This document shows, piece after piece, positions 17,701 through 25,613 of a stretch of DNA of 64,000 nt. Position 1 is the stretch's first letter. Each line of letters starts with the position of its first letter. The position numbers were made by a program, and so were the translations under genes. A model generated the notes under the pieces. The model saw only the letters and a list, made by a program, of their open reading frames with translations. It did no database searches and was not told where the DNA came from. Location: assembly GCA_019314375.1 (NCBI GenBank), contig JAFCZJ010000014.1, forward strand, positions 12,153-76,152, given 5' to 3'. Origin of the DNA: Deltaproteobacteria bacterium (GTDB taxonomy: Bacteria; Myxococcota; B64-G9).

Positions 17701-18601
17701 TCACATACAGCTTGCCGTCGCCGGAGGAGGCGACGATCTCCACTACGCCATCACCATCAAAATCAGCCAGCGCGGAGGCCGAATAGATAGTATCGAAAGG
17801 AAAACCTGAACAGGCTGAGCCATCTGCCTTGATTGCGTGGATCTTGAAATCCTTGGAGCCGACCACGATCTCGAAACGCCCATCATCGTCCAAGTCCCCC
17901 AGGATCGGCTGACCCACCATCGCAAACTTGGCCTTGTATGGAAAACCTGCCAGTGGCTTGCCCGCCGCAGTCAAAGCATGCATGCGGCCCTGATCGTCCC
18001 CCAGCAACAAAACAGGAGGCTCCCCTGGAGCCAATCTCGACCAGGTCATCGATGTAGCCGGTGTCCCATCAATTTTCATCGACCATCCAGGCAGTCGCCG
18101 GCCCTGTTCATCCAGCGCGATAATATCGCCAGAAGCCAACGAAGCCAGAATCACCCTTTTGCCCCCAGCATGCACTTCGGCAAAAATTGGAGCCCCAAGG
18201 ATCTTGCAGGAAAGCGCCTTGGGAAAGGGCGGCAATGCTCGACCATTCAGCTCAAGCACATACAAGGTGCCGTCTTCGGAACCGAAAGCAATCAGGAGAT
18301 CACCCTGCTCATCAAACCGGCCCAGGGTCAAAGGAGTCGAAACCACGATCTCCTTGCCCAAATCCACCGGATAGCCCGCGACAGGGCTCCCGTCGATCTC
18401 AAGTCCGTGGATCTGATTGCGGCTGGCCAGCAACAACTCCAGGCGACCGTCTCCATCCAAATCGACAGCCAGGGGCGAGGCCACATCAACCGTCCCCTCG
18501 AGCTGTACCGGAAAACCACGCAAACGGGTGGCCCCCATGGATTCAATAGAGAAGCCCAACAAAATCCAACTTGCAAAGATAAACCAAAGGACCCTGCGCA
18601 T
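14792..18601 (-). CDS. 1269-aa secreted protein: N-terminal FG-GAP/VCBS-type beta-propeller plus nine tandem ~94-aa DPDGD-containing Ig/cadherin-like modules
   Basis: Signal peptide MRRVLWFIFASWILLGFSIESMG. There are about 7-8 blade-like units, each with a G[FY]P motif and a D-x-D-x-DG loop followed by hydrophobic strands (DLDGDGRLELLLAS, GDLDDDGRFEIVVGS, ADFDGDGVVEIVASS, GDLDSDGKLEIAVGT, ADLSGDGLGELVAV). Nine modules follow, delimited by N[TS]PP and sharing DPDGD..[RL].Y.[YF].W...G......L......K.G..W.V.V...DG. Confidence 0.75.
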   Translation of the reverse strand: MRRVLWFIFASWILLGFSIESMGATRLRGFPVQLEGTVDVASPLAVDLDGDGRLELLLASRNQIHGLEIDGSPVAGYPVDLGKEIVVSTPLTLGRFDEQGDLLIAFGSEDGTLYVLELNGRALPPFPKALSCKILGAPIFAEVHAGGKRVILASLASGDIIALDEQGRRLPGWSMKIDGTPATSMTWSRLAPGEPPVLLLGDDQGRMHALTAAGKPLAGFPYKAKFAMVGQPILGDLDDDGRFEIVVGSKDFKIHAIKADGSACSGFPFDTIYSASALADFDGDGVVEIVASSGDGKLYVIDGKGKLRKGFPVKLDRRLRSAPVVGDLDSDGKLEIAVGTERKGLAVVRANGRAYPGFPARFADRVDVAPLMADLSGDGLGELVAVGRDGQVSVFRMLRKGKRSLGLVWPSPGGGAAHGGRVFSNPPRYVDLKLEPENPSTTDILRLDYRFFDMDGDSEPETIIRWYRNGKQAKEHLGARELPAGKTRKGERWRFGLLPSPNGPEFRSGELRVQNTPPVAPTISLVPNPVRTRDDLKVRIQQESADPDGDRIRYRYAWLKDRRIQKGLRGDKISAKRTRKGERWTVVVTPNDGEVSGAAARVSTTISNTPPDAAAVSLRPKRPRVTDQIKVQVDRPGRDADGDRVSYRFDWRLDGVPLDVPRSASFLPASFGKKNGKIEVDVVSIDGSEEGKSVRGGITIVNTPPTAPKIRIVPLKPTTRQDLRVQILDPARDPDSDALRYQVSWRKDGKEMKGAGFAGERMSSAKTRKGQRWEAVVLAADDEASGPEARAEVSIVNSAPVAPRLEHVQARPVTTEPLVLKVLKAPVDPDGDATWCNVRWSQKGRLVAEGKNLFVLPAAKTTKHGLYEVQIIATDGQLSAPALTLSFLVRNSPPGKCRVSLEPVKPKTGQSLQVKLAEAVRDPDGDKLRMHYMWFLDGAPRPKLSDGRLHGKHVKRGQSWQVVAEADDGELRGPTCSARVLIGNLPPTSPSIRIEPAKPKVGDRLSLVMDVVSRDPDGDPLTLDVNWLVDGRGLASGTGLNQLPAGLLRKGQQWQVTVMASDGSQSSVPVTAKAVVGNSPPGRVSVGIFPKKPLSSDDLHCRLLQSTPDPDGDVLRHSFSWFKGEDKGRAEHVGATLPSSRTRRGQLWTCEVQANDGQVNGPVTTSQIKVANAKPGAPKVDLGPPKPGDNQELRCQIMRKAEDPDGDSVRYRFRWLKDGVVQSFAPGTDRVPARLTKANDIWQCIVVASDGELEGPIAESSELLIRKEM
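14795..17332 (-). repeat. nine in-frame tandem coding repeats (~280 nt each) in the FG-GAP protein
   Basis: The repeats are diverged at DNA level. The protein-level periodicity is clear: boundaries ...NPPRYV, NTPPVAP, NTPPDAA, NTPPTAP, NSAPVAP, NSPPGKC, NLPPTSP, NSPPGRV, NAKPGAP. Confidence 0.75.
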
Positions 18602-18669
18602 GACTGTCTGTCCCTCGTCTCACGGACTTAATGTTTAAAGTAGACGCCCCCCTGGGAAAAACCCCACCC

Positions 18670-19146
18670 TCACATCTTGTCGGTCAGTTTCTCATTCGTC
18701 TCACGAAGACGAATGCTCAACACGCGGGCGATGTTGATCACCACCAGGGTAAAACCATTTTTGTAGACTCTTGCGAAAGAATGCAGGTTCTCGTTGGTCA
18801 AGCAGAGCATGTCGACCTTGGTTTTGACCCTGATGGAAGCGGATCGAAACTCCTTGTCGATCAAAGCCATCTCACCAAAAAAATCCTTGGCCTTCAATAC
18901 CGCAATGATGTGCTCTGACCCATCCTCGCGCCTGCGCACGACTTCCACCGAACCGGCCAGCAGGAGGAAAAGGCTGTCGCCCACATCCCCCTGCTCAAAA
19001 ACCATCTCGCCAGGATCAAAGGATCGAAACTGGGTCAGTTCCGCGAGCATCTCGACTTCCTCGGGAAGCAGTCCCGCAAACAAACTGGAGGTTTGGAGAA
19101 CTTCGGTCTTGTTCATCTCGTCACCTCTCACTGTGGAATCCTTCAT
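18670..19146 (-). CDS. stand-alone cyclic-nucleotide-binding (CAP effector-domain) protein
   Basis: FEQGDVGDSLFLLLAGSVEVV ... FFGEMALID...RSASIRV is the cNMP-binding cassette. The product is 158 aa with no HTH or other output domain. Its start overlaps the upstream stop (ATGA). Confidence 0.8.
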   Translation of the reverse strand: MKDSTVRGDEMNKTEVLQTSSLFAGLLPEEVEMLAELTQFRSFDPGEMVFEQGDVGDSLFLLLAGSVEVVRRREDGSEHIIAVLKAKDFFGEMALIDKEFRSASIRVKTKVDMLCLTNENLHSFARVYKNGFTLVVINIARVLSIRLRETNEKLTDKM

Positions 19147-20147
19147 GATCCGGATCCCACGAAAAACTCGTCAATTCGAGGATCGTCTTCGTCCGAGCGA
19201 AGGCTCTCCGGCGGCAAGGGTTCGATGAACTCCACTCCTCGCTGCCGCTTGACCATGTACAAAAATTTGGCCTTGAGATCGATATTGTAGCCTTCCGGGT
19301 GATCGGCCAAGGACATACAGTAGGCCTCTTTGTTGCTTTCCCTTCGCGGCCAGTACAAAAACTCCTCGCCCACCAAGCAGCCACACAAACCCGCTGCCTG
19401 CTGCCGATGTTTCTTAATCTTCCCTTTGAGTTCTTCCGACAAGGATCTGGCCTCGTCTGCTTCGCCGCTTACTGCAGCCGATGCCTGTTTCTGCTCTTCT
19501 GCCTGCTCAAACAGATACTCAGCCCGCCTTCTGGCTCGCCGGCTCTTCGCTCGGCGCTCAGCAACAGACAGATTGGAGGCCATGGATCGAGCCCAGAGCT
19601 GCTCCACTTCTTCCCAAAGCCGCATCTTGCGCTCATTCTCCCGCTCGTAGTTGGACTGAGCTTCCCGAAACGCCCGATCCATATCGCCCAAATCCTTCTG
19701 CCGGCGCTTGATCTGCGGCAAGGGATCCACGGTCTTCTCTTTGTTGTCGCCCTGCTTCTCTTTCTTCCTTAACTCATCGATCACGGACTGCTGGGTCAAC
19801 AGGCGATGCTCTAAGGCACCCATGCGATTGAATATGTCGCTGACGGTGATTCGCTGGTTTTCAAAACTCGCTACGGCTTCATAAGAACGATTCTCGATCT
19901 CGGAGACCTCCGCCAACAATTGAGCCGCCATATCCTCGAGTTCACCGGCCCTGTAGAGTGTGTCTATGGCCTGCTTCTGGGTCTGCTCTGAGCGATATTT
20001 CATCAAGCTCACTTGGGCCAGCATTTCTTCAAGCCTCTCCAATGCCTGCACCAACCGAGCCTCGTAATCAGCCAACTCGACAAACCAAGCATTGAAATCA
20101 TCCTGTTCGAGGAAGGCCTGAACTTCTCGCAGCCATAGGGCCTTCAT
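19143..20147 (-). CDS. cytoplasmic coiled-coil protein, unknown function
   Basis: Long heptad-rich Glu/Arg/Gln sequence with no signal peptide. The start is set at the ATG at 20147 (MKALWLREVQ), which has GAGGAG 7 nt upstream. The track start at 20186 lacks an SD. Confidence 0.5.
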   Translation of the reverse strand: MKALWLREVQAFLEQDDFNAWFVELADYEARLVQALERLEEMLAQVSLMKYRSEQTQKQAIDTLYRAGELEDMAAQLLAEVSEIENRSYEAVASFENQRITVSDIFNRMGALEHRLLTQQSVIDELRKKEKQGDNKEKTVDPLPQIKRRQKDLGDMDRAFREAQSNYERENERKMRLWEEVEQLWARSMASNLSVAERRAKSRRARRRAEYLFEQAEEQKQASAAVSGEADEARSLSEELKGKIKKHRQQAAGLCGCLVGEEFLYWPRRESNKEAYCMSLADHPEGYNIDLKAKFLYMVKRQRGVEFIEPLPPESLRSDEDDPRIDEFFVGSGS

Positions 20148-20219
20148 GCCAATCTCCTCTTCAAAAACCGGGAACCAAATCCCCATCCCGGTCAGCTAAC
20201 AAGTCATGTTGAGTTTGGA

Positions 20220-21593
20220 TCATCCCCCAGGGGCCAGGATGAAGGGATAGACAACCGCCGTCTCTCCCCCGTCGGCGGGAGGGAATCGGATGGCGCGAAC
20301 CCGTGCTTTGATGCAAGAGGCCAATTCGGGATCGCCGGTGGTGTTCTCCACAATCTCCACCTCGATGATCTTGCCTCCGGGGTGGATCACAAAACGAATG
20401 ACGACCTTGCCTTTGAGCTCTGGGTTGCGCTTGAGACGCTTTTCATAACAATGCTTGATGCCACCCAGCCTTCGGCGTATCACTTTTTTAATGTCCGACT
20501 GGGATCGGGAATCGGAATCAAACTCCTCCAAGGCCGCTGAACTCACCTTGGCGACGATTCGTGCTTCGGCCTTTTTGGGGCCTCCGCGTCCAGCCCCACC
20601 AACCACACCCTTGGTGCCCAGATCCTTGATGTTGGCCGCGGAGGCCGCACCATCAACACCACGGGAACCCTTTTGCCCCGCAGCCGTGGCCACATCCAAA
20701 CCACCACCGATACCATCGAATGCGCCGGCACCATCGCCACCGACAGTTCCCTCGGCAAAAACATCGGCTACCGCGCCGCCCATGGCCATGCCGGAGTCCC
20801 CCTTGGCCCCCAGCAACTTAAGCAATCCCCGGCCGGTCACTTTCTTTTCCATGGCCACGGTTCGTGCCTTGGCGACTGCCGCCGAATCCCCTTCATCGCC
20901 CCCATCATCGCCCGTGTCCTCTACTTCTTCCTTCTTATTCTTCTTGGGTTCGGGTGCCTTCTCTGCTTCGCCGGCCCCATCTCCGTCTTCGTCTTCGCTC
21001 TTTTCCTTGTCCGGCATAATCATCTTGGCGAAACGATCAGGGATGTCCTCAAGGGACACCTCTCTTTCCACGATGGGAATCTGTTTCGCCCAAATTATCA
21101 TCACCAACATCGCGATGGACACAAAGCTGAAGACGGATGTGTAGGGCCAGTCGATATTCCGGGACCAATAGCCCTTGACCTCTGCCGGCAATTGGGGCTT
21201 GACCGGCTCGGGAGGAGGGCTCACGAATTGGAACAGGATGATGCACTCGCCCATGGAAACACGCCCGCGAGATCCCTCGTTCAATTTCAAGTGGTAGGTG
21301 TCACCTGATTTTCGCACCAAATTCTGGGCCTTCAGTGATTGTAGATCAGCCGCCTGGTCCGCCACCGAGACCCGACCCGACATCTTGTCCGTGAAGGCCA
21401 AATGGTAATCCGTGCCACGCATTTCAAAAAGGCTAAAGGTCTTGGGCACATCGGCTGCCGGCAGCACAATGGTGTTGCGCACGCCGGAGCCCACCGTCAC
21501 GCTGCCGCGCTTCCGGACGAGTTTCTCCTCGATGATCTTGCCACCCTGAATGACGCCGATTCTGAGAATCTTAGGTCTCGAGGCTTCCGTCAT
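20220..21593 (-). CDS. bitopic protein with a TonB-C-like (AgmX/GltG-type) C-terminal domain
   Basis: N-terminal ~125-aa cytoplasmic beta-rich domain (FHA-like by eye: VTVGSGVRNTIVLPAADV...YHLAFTDKMSGRVSV). One TM segment (TSVFSFVSIAMLVMIIWA). An acidic then Gly/Ala-rich linker. The C-terminal block IKKVIRRRLGGIKHCYEKRLKRNPELKGKVVIRFVIHPGGKIIEVEIVENTTGDPELASCIKARVRAIRFPP resembles TonB_C / AgmX-type domains. Confidence 0.6.
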   Translation of the reverse strand: MTEASRPKILRIGVIQGGKIIEEKLVRKRGSVTVGSGVRNTIVLPAADVPKTFSLFEMRGTDYHLAFTDKMSGRVSVADQAADLQSLKAQNLVRKSGDTYHLKLNEGSRGRVSMGECIILFQFVSPPPEPVKPQLPAEVKGYWSRNIDWPYTSVFSFVSIAMLVMIIWAKQIPIVEREVSLEDIPDRFAKMIMPDKEKSEDEDGDGAGEAEKAPEPKKNKKEEVEDTGDDGGDEGDSAAVAKARTVAMEKKVTGRGLLKLLGAKGDSGMAMGGAVADVFAEGTVGGDGAGAFDGIGGGLDVATAAGQKGSRGVDGAASAANIKDLGTKGVVGGAGRGGPKKAEARIVAKVSSAALEEFDSDSRSQSDIKKVIRRRLGGIKHCYEKRLKRNPELKGKVVIRFVIHPGGKIIEVEIVENTTGDPELASCIKARVRAIRFPPADGGETAVVYPFILAPGG

Positions 21594-21644
21594 TTTGAGC
21601 GTCCTTCGTTAGGGCCTGACATGCGTCAGACCTTGGCCAACAAC

Positions 21645-22181
21645 TCAACCGGTCTCTTTTTTCAATACGGCAAACTTATACGAGGCATATTCGGCCTGCC
21701 CCGCCGAATACAAAACCTCGGTCAACAATCGAAAGGGAATGCGTTTGTCCGCGATGAGAGTCAGCAGGCCCTTGAACTGCAATTCCTTCTTGTTCTTGTT
21801 GTACTTCGCGATGAGTTTCTTCTTTTCGCGCTGATTGACCAGGGCATCCCTCAAGGGCACGATCAGCAAGGAAGCAGGATTGTTGCCCTTCTTATAAGAG
21901 GCCTCCACCCGGCCATTCTTTACGCGCGCAACCACTTTGTTTTCCACCAGAATCACCTTGCTGGTGATGGCGACCTGAATGGCGGCCTCCTTGGGGATGA
22001 TTCGAGTTTCCGAGCGAGGCAAAGACGTATCCCGGGTGGGTTGGATCACAATCGGATCGACTGAAAAATTCTTAAGCAAGTACAGAATCAAAGCCGTAAA
22101 AAGACCCATGATGGGAATCATGTCCAGCTCAGGGACAGCATCTTCACCCCTGCCGGAAGCTCTGCGACGAGAAAGTCTCAT
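21645..22181 (-). CDS. ExbD/TolR-family motor stator subunit (paralogue 2; AglQ/AglS-like)
   Basis: PELDMIPIMGLFTALILYLL is the ExbD/TolR N-terminal TM region, followed by a periplasmic domain. Its start overlaps the upstream paralogue's stop (ATGA, 22178..22181). Confidence 0.75.
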   Translation of the reverse strand: MRLSRRRASGRGEDAVPELDMIPIMGLFTALILYLLKNFSVDPIVIQPTRDTSLPRSETRIIPKEAAIQVAITSKVILVENKVVARVKNGRVEASYKKGNNPASLLIVPLRDALVNQREKKKLIAKYNKNKKELQFKGLLTLIADKRIPFRLLTEVLYSAGQAEYASYKFAVLKKETG

Positions 22182-22771
22182 GAGATCTCCGGACTAAGAA
22201 TCACATCGAAGAACAAGGACTTCGTTCCACTCTGACGCGTGGCATCCATCACATTGACCAGAATCTCATATGGAACATCGGGCTGGGCATAGATGATGAT
22301 CTTGCTCTCCTTGGGAAACTCCTGCTTGATCCGCAACATTTCTTTGGTCAAGCGCTTGTAATCGTAACAATGGGCTGGCGGTGGGATATTCTTGGCCATA
22401 GCGTCTCGACAGGTCGGATCGCGAAGAAGCAAGGGAAGGGTGGGCTTCTTGGCCTCTTCTTCTCCCTCGCTCGTCACGTTGCCCATCACTCCGCCCACAC
22501 CCGCGATGAACAAGCCTTCGTAGGTGATACCCACCGTAAGATTCAGCTTCTTTTCAGGCTCTTTGTCGTCATCTTGCTGGGCCCCGCCTGCATCCAGGGG
22601 ATCGGCATAGCGCGGCGCGTTGACATTGATTACGCCGATTTGGGCCAAACCCGTGGTGCTCACCATGATGAAAAGCATGATGGAGGTGACGATATCCAGG
22701 TAGGGCGTGATATTAAGCCCAATGGGTTCCTGGTACGATTTGGACCTTTGCGATGGCTTCCGGCCTCTCAT
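22178..22771 (-). CDS. ExbD/TolR-family motor stator subunit (paralogue 1; AglQ/AglS-like)
   Basis: LNITPYLDIVTSIMLFIMV carries the conserved TM aspartate context of ExbD/TolR. It has an acidic insertion (QQDDDKEPEKK). Confidence 0.75.
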   Translation of the reverse strand: MRGRKPSQRSKSYQEPIGLNITPYLDIVTSIMLFIMVSTTGLAQIGVINVNAPRYADPLDAGGAQQDDDKEPEKKLNLTVGITYEGLFIAGVGGVMGNVTSEGEEEAKKPTLPLLLRDPTCRDAMAKNIPPPAHCYDYKRLTKEMLRIKQEFPKESKIIIYAQPDVPYEILVNVMDATRQSGTKSLFFDVILSPEIS

Positions 22772-22849
22772 GTACCCAATCTCCTACTCACAGGTCAAGC
22801 ACTGGACCCATTTGGGACAACCCAAACAGGCCTTGGTTCCCGCTGGCCA

Positions 22850-23611
22850 CTATGCCTCGCGACCGCCAGGGCCGGAACCACCCTTACCCCTGGAAATCAA
22901 AAGATTTTCCAGCTTAACGGACCACTGATCCAGCTCATCGATGATCTTCTTGGTGATGTTTTGCAGAATCAACTGGAAGACCATCAAGAAAATGGCGATC
23001 GACAAACCAAAACCTGTGGTGTAAAGCGCTTCCGAAACACCCTTGGCCAAGAGCTGGGCCTTAAGCTCAGGACTGACACCGGAGGTTGCGGTAAAAGCCG
23101 CAACCAAACCCGTGATGGTTCCCAACAGACCCAAGAGGGTCGCGATGTTGGCAAGCTGTGCCAGGTTGCTCGTGCGTTTCTGCAAAATGGGCACGATCTC
23201 CAAGGTCGCTTCTTCCACTGCGTTGCGGATTTCAACCTCTCCCCGGTTGGCCCGGGTGAGCCCCGCCTTGATCACACGCGGCAAGGCCGCGGCCGGTGCC
23301 GCATTGCAAAGCTTGATGGCCCGTTCAATGTTGTTGGCCATGACAAGCTTCTGAACCTGAGCCATAAAGGCCTCTGCGTTCACATTGTAACGGAAGAAAA
23401 TGAAGAACATGCGCTCAATGATGATGGCCATACCCCAAGCCAAGGTGATGCAATTGATGTAGAGAAAGGCACCACCCGCATCGAAGAACTCCGCTACCCA
23501 GGTCATGAACCCGCCTTCTTCGCCTCCGCTCTCAGCCGCCAGGGCCGTTATGGGAAGGATGAGCATCAAGCCCAGAATGGTCCCCACGGAGACCTTTTTC
23601 CTTGTTGTCAT
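22850..23611 (-). CDS. MotA/TolQ/ExbB-family proton channel (AglR-like)
   Basis: LAQLANIATLLGLLGTITGLVAAF and SEALYTTGFGLSIAIFLMVF are the MotA_ExbB signature helices. Confidence 0.85.
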   Translation of the reverse strand: MTTRKKVSVGTILGLMLILPITALAAESGGEEGGFMTWVAEFFDAGGAFLYINCITLAWGMAIIIERMFFIFFRYNVNAEAFMAQVQKLVMANNIERAIKLCNAAPAAALPRVIKAGLTRANRGEVEIRNAVEEATLEIVPILQKRTSNLAQLANIATLLGLLGTITGLVAAFTATSGVSPELKAQLLAKGVSEALYTTGFGLSIAIFLMVFQLILQNITKKIIDELDQWSVKLENLLISRGKGGSGPGGREA

Positions 23612-23644
23612 CGTCGTTCCTCCGGTGTCGCACCAGCCCCTATC

Positions 23645-23899
23645 CTAAAAGGGACCCGTTCGAGTGGCTTCTTCAATTTTGGGCACCAATTTCTCTTTCA
23701 ATCGCAAACCTTCAAAATTCAAATTCGATCGGGGCAGAAGATACCACACCTCTGGCTTCTGGATTTTTCCCTCCACCCGTGTAACTTCCTGAATGACCAC
23801 TTGACGGATAGCCCGCTTCTTCTTGGCGACCACGACTGGTGCTATCAATAGCAACAGCCCGATCCAAAAACAAATCCATCGCCAAGTTCCGACTTTCAT
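23645..23899 (-). CDS. 84-aa single-TM protein (positionally GltF-like)
   Basis: TM segment WRWICFWIGLLLLIAPVVVA followed by KKKR. There is no motif. The call rests only on size and position between the TPR genes and the motor. Confidence 0.4.
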   Translation of the reverse strand: MKVGTWRWICFWIGLLLLIAPVVVAKKKRAIRQVVIQEVTRVEGKIQKPEVWYLLPRSNLNFEGLRLKEKLVPKIEEATRTGPF

Positions 23900-23954
23900 G
23901 ATCCTAACCCTTATAAAAGAAAGCCATGCTCCGGGTCAAGCAACGCCCTGAGCT

Positions 23955-25604
23955 TTACTTCTCATCGCCACCCAACTTGCCGGAAGGGGGGTCTTCTTCC
24001 TCCCCGTCCTTGCCTCCACCCAGCTTGCCGGAAGGAGCCTTTTCCTCTCCGTCCTTGGCCCCACCCAGCTTAATACCTGGCGGCGGGGCGGCACGCTTAG
24101 CGGCTTCTTCCGCCTTACGCTTGGCGGCTTCTTCCTGTTCCGCCTTACGCTTGGCGGCTTCTTCCTGTTCCTGCTTACGCTTGGCGGCTTCTTCCTGTTC
24201 CTGCTTGCGCTTGGCCGCTTCTTCCTGCTTGAGCTTGGCTGCTTCTTCCTTCTTGAGCTTGGCGGCTTCTTCCACTTTGCGCTTGGCATCCTCTTCCGCC
24301 TTGCGCTTTTTTTCCACCTCGCGTTTTTTCTTACGCGCCTCCGACTTAATGGCTCGGTCTTTTTTCTTCTTTGCCATCTCGATGTATTCGGCAAGCTTGG
24401 GGTGTCGCCCCCCAGCGGAACTATACCTGGTAAAATTCTTTTCCGCCAAAGCAAAACGCTTGGACTTCTCATAACCCGGCACGTCATCGTCCAAATACAT
24501 CAAACCCATATTGTACAAAACTTCCCGGTGATCAGGTTGCAAGGCCAAGACCTTCTTGTAGGCGACCTCGGCATCCGCAAATTGCAGGTCTCCTCGCAGA
24601 GCGTTGGCAAGATTCAAATACGCACCGACAAAGCGCGGCGCCACGGCCACCGCCTTCCTGAAATGTTCTGCCGCCGAAGCAAAGTCATTGGCTCGGTTAT
24701 ACAAAACACCCAGGTTGTTGTGGGCCTCCACAAAATTGTCGTCGAGCTCCACCGCCTTTTTAAATGCTGCAATGGCCGCGGGGGTGTTTTCCATGGCCAG
24801 ATACACGAAACCCAATCGATTCTGAATGATCGGATTGGACTTGTCGATCTCACGAGCTTTTTGCAGGATGCGTTCCGCCAATTCTACCTTGCCGCGAGCG
24901 GAGTAAACCTGAGCCAAGTGGATCATGGCCCCCACGTTCCGCTCATCCATCTGCAAAACGCCCTTGGCCTGCTTTCCGGCGTCATTCAGTTTCTTTTGCG
25001 CGATCAGAACCGAAACCAATTGATTGCGCAGGCCCAAGGCCCGCGGCTCAGCCTTGACAGCAGCCGTCACCACGCGCTGGGCCTCCCGCAGACGACCTGC
25101 CCGAAGCATGAGATTACTCAAATTGACGATCGACTCAAGATGGGCCGGCTTCAGGGCAATCGCCTTCCGGTAAGCGGCCTCGGCATCACCAAATCGCGTC
25201 TGTCGCTCCAGCAAAACCGCTTTGTTGTAATGGCACTGTACGCAACGGGGGTGCTTGTCTGCCGCTTGCTCGGCCAGCTTCAAGGCCCCCAGGGGATCGC
25301 CTTCGGCTCTTTGCACGGCAGAGGCAAGCAAGGCCGAAGCCTCTTGACCCAACTCAAACTCATCCGGACCGGTGTCCGCGGGAGCCGCCTTCTCTGCTTT
25401 CTCGCCCCCCTCCCCCTTGTCCTCATCTGCCTTTCGATCCGCTTCACTCAAAGGAGCCACGGCCTCGTCATCGACCGCATCCTTTTCGCTCTCGACCTCC
25501 TTGACCTCATCCGGCTTGGGATCGGGGGTGGTCGCGCAAGATGCAAACAAACCAAGCAGGGCCCCAAAAAGCACCAAGCACAAGCTGCGGAAGAAGGTCC
25601 TCAC
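23955..25604 (-). CDS. TPR-repeat lipoprotein with a Lys/Glu/Ala-rich C-terminal tail (GltE-like position)
   Basis: Lipobox LGLFASC. There are at least 8 TPR-like units (for example AEAAYRKAIALKPAH, AIAAFKKAVELDDNFVEAHNNLGVLY, AEVAYKKVLALQPDH). The C-terminal tail contains EEAAKRKQEQ repeats. Confidence 0.75.
   Translation of the reverse strand: MRTFFRSLCLVLFGALLGLFASCATTPDPKPDEVKEVESEKDAVDDEAVAPLSEADRKADEDKGEGGEKAEKAAPADTGPDEFELGQEASALLASAVQRAEGDPLGALKLAEQAADKHPRCVQCHYNKAVLLERQTRFGDAEAAYRKAIALKPAHLESIVNLSNLMLRAGRLREAQRVVTAAVKAEPRALGLRNQLVSVLIAQKKLNDAGKQAKGVLQMDERNVGAMIHLAQVYSARGKVELAERILQKAREIDKSNPIIQNRLGFVYLAMENTPAAIAAFKKAVELDDNFVEAHNNLGVLYNRANDFASAAEHFRKAVAVAPRFVGAYLNLANALRGDLQFADAEVAYKKVLALQPDHREVLYNMGLMYLDDDVPGYEKSKRFALAEKNFTRYSSAGGRHPKLAEYIEMAKKKKDRAIKSEARKKKREVEKKRKAEEDAKRKVEEAAKLKKEEAAKLKQEEAAKRKQEQEEAAKRKQEQEEAAKRKAEQEEAAKRKAEEAAKRAAPPPGIKLGGAKDGEEKAPSGKLGGGKDGEEEDPPSGKLGGDEK
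24111..24230 (-). repeat. four tandem 30-nt in-frame repeats (10-aa EQEEAAKRKQ units)
   Basis: 24111..24140 and 24141..24170 are identical (cgccttacgcttggcggcttcttcctgttc). 24171..24200 differs at 2 nt. 24201..24230 is more diverged. Degenerate copies flank the array. Confidence 0.9.
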
Positions 25605-25613
25605 CCGAATCCT

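Noticed and set aside
24111-24230. Regular 30-nt repeats, which could be mistaken for a CRISPR array.
   Set aside because: The repeats are directly tandem with no spacers. They are in frame within a long ORF and encode a Lys/Glu/Ala tail. No cas genes are present in the window.
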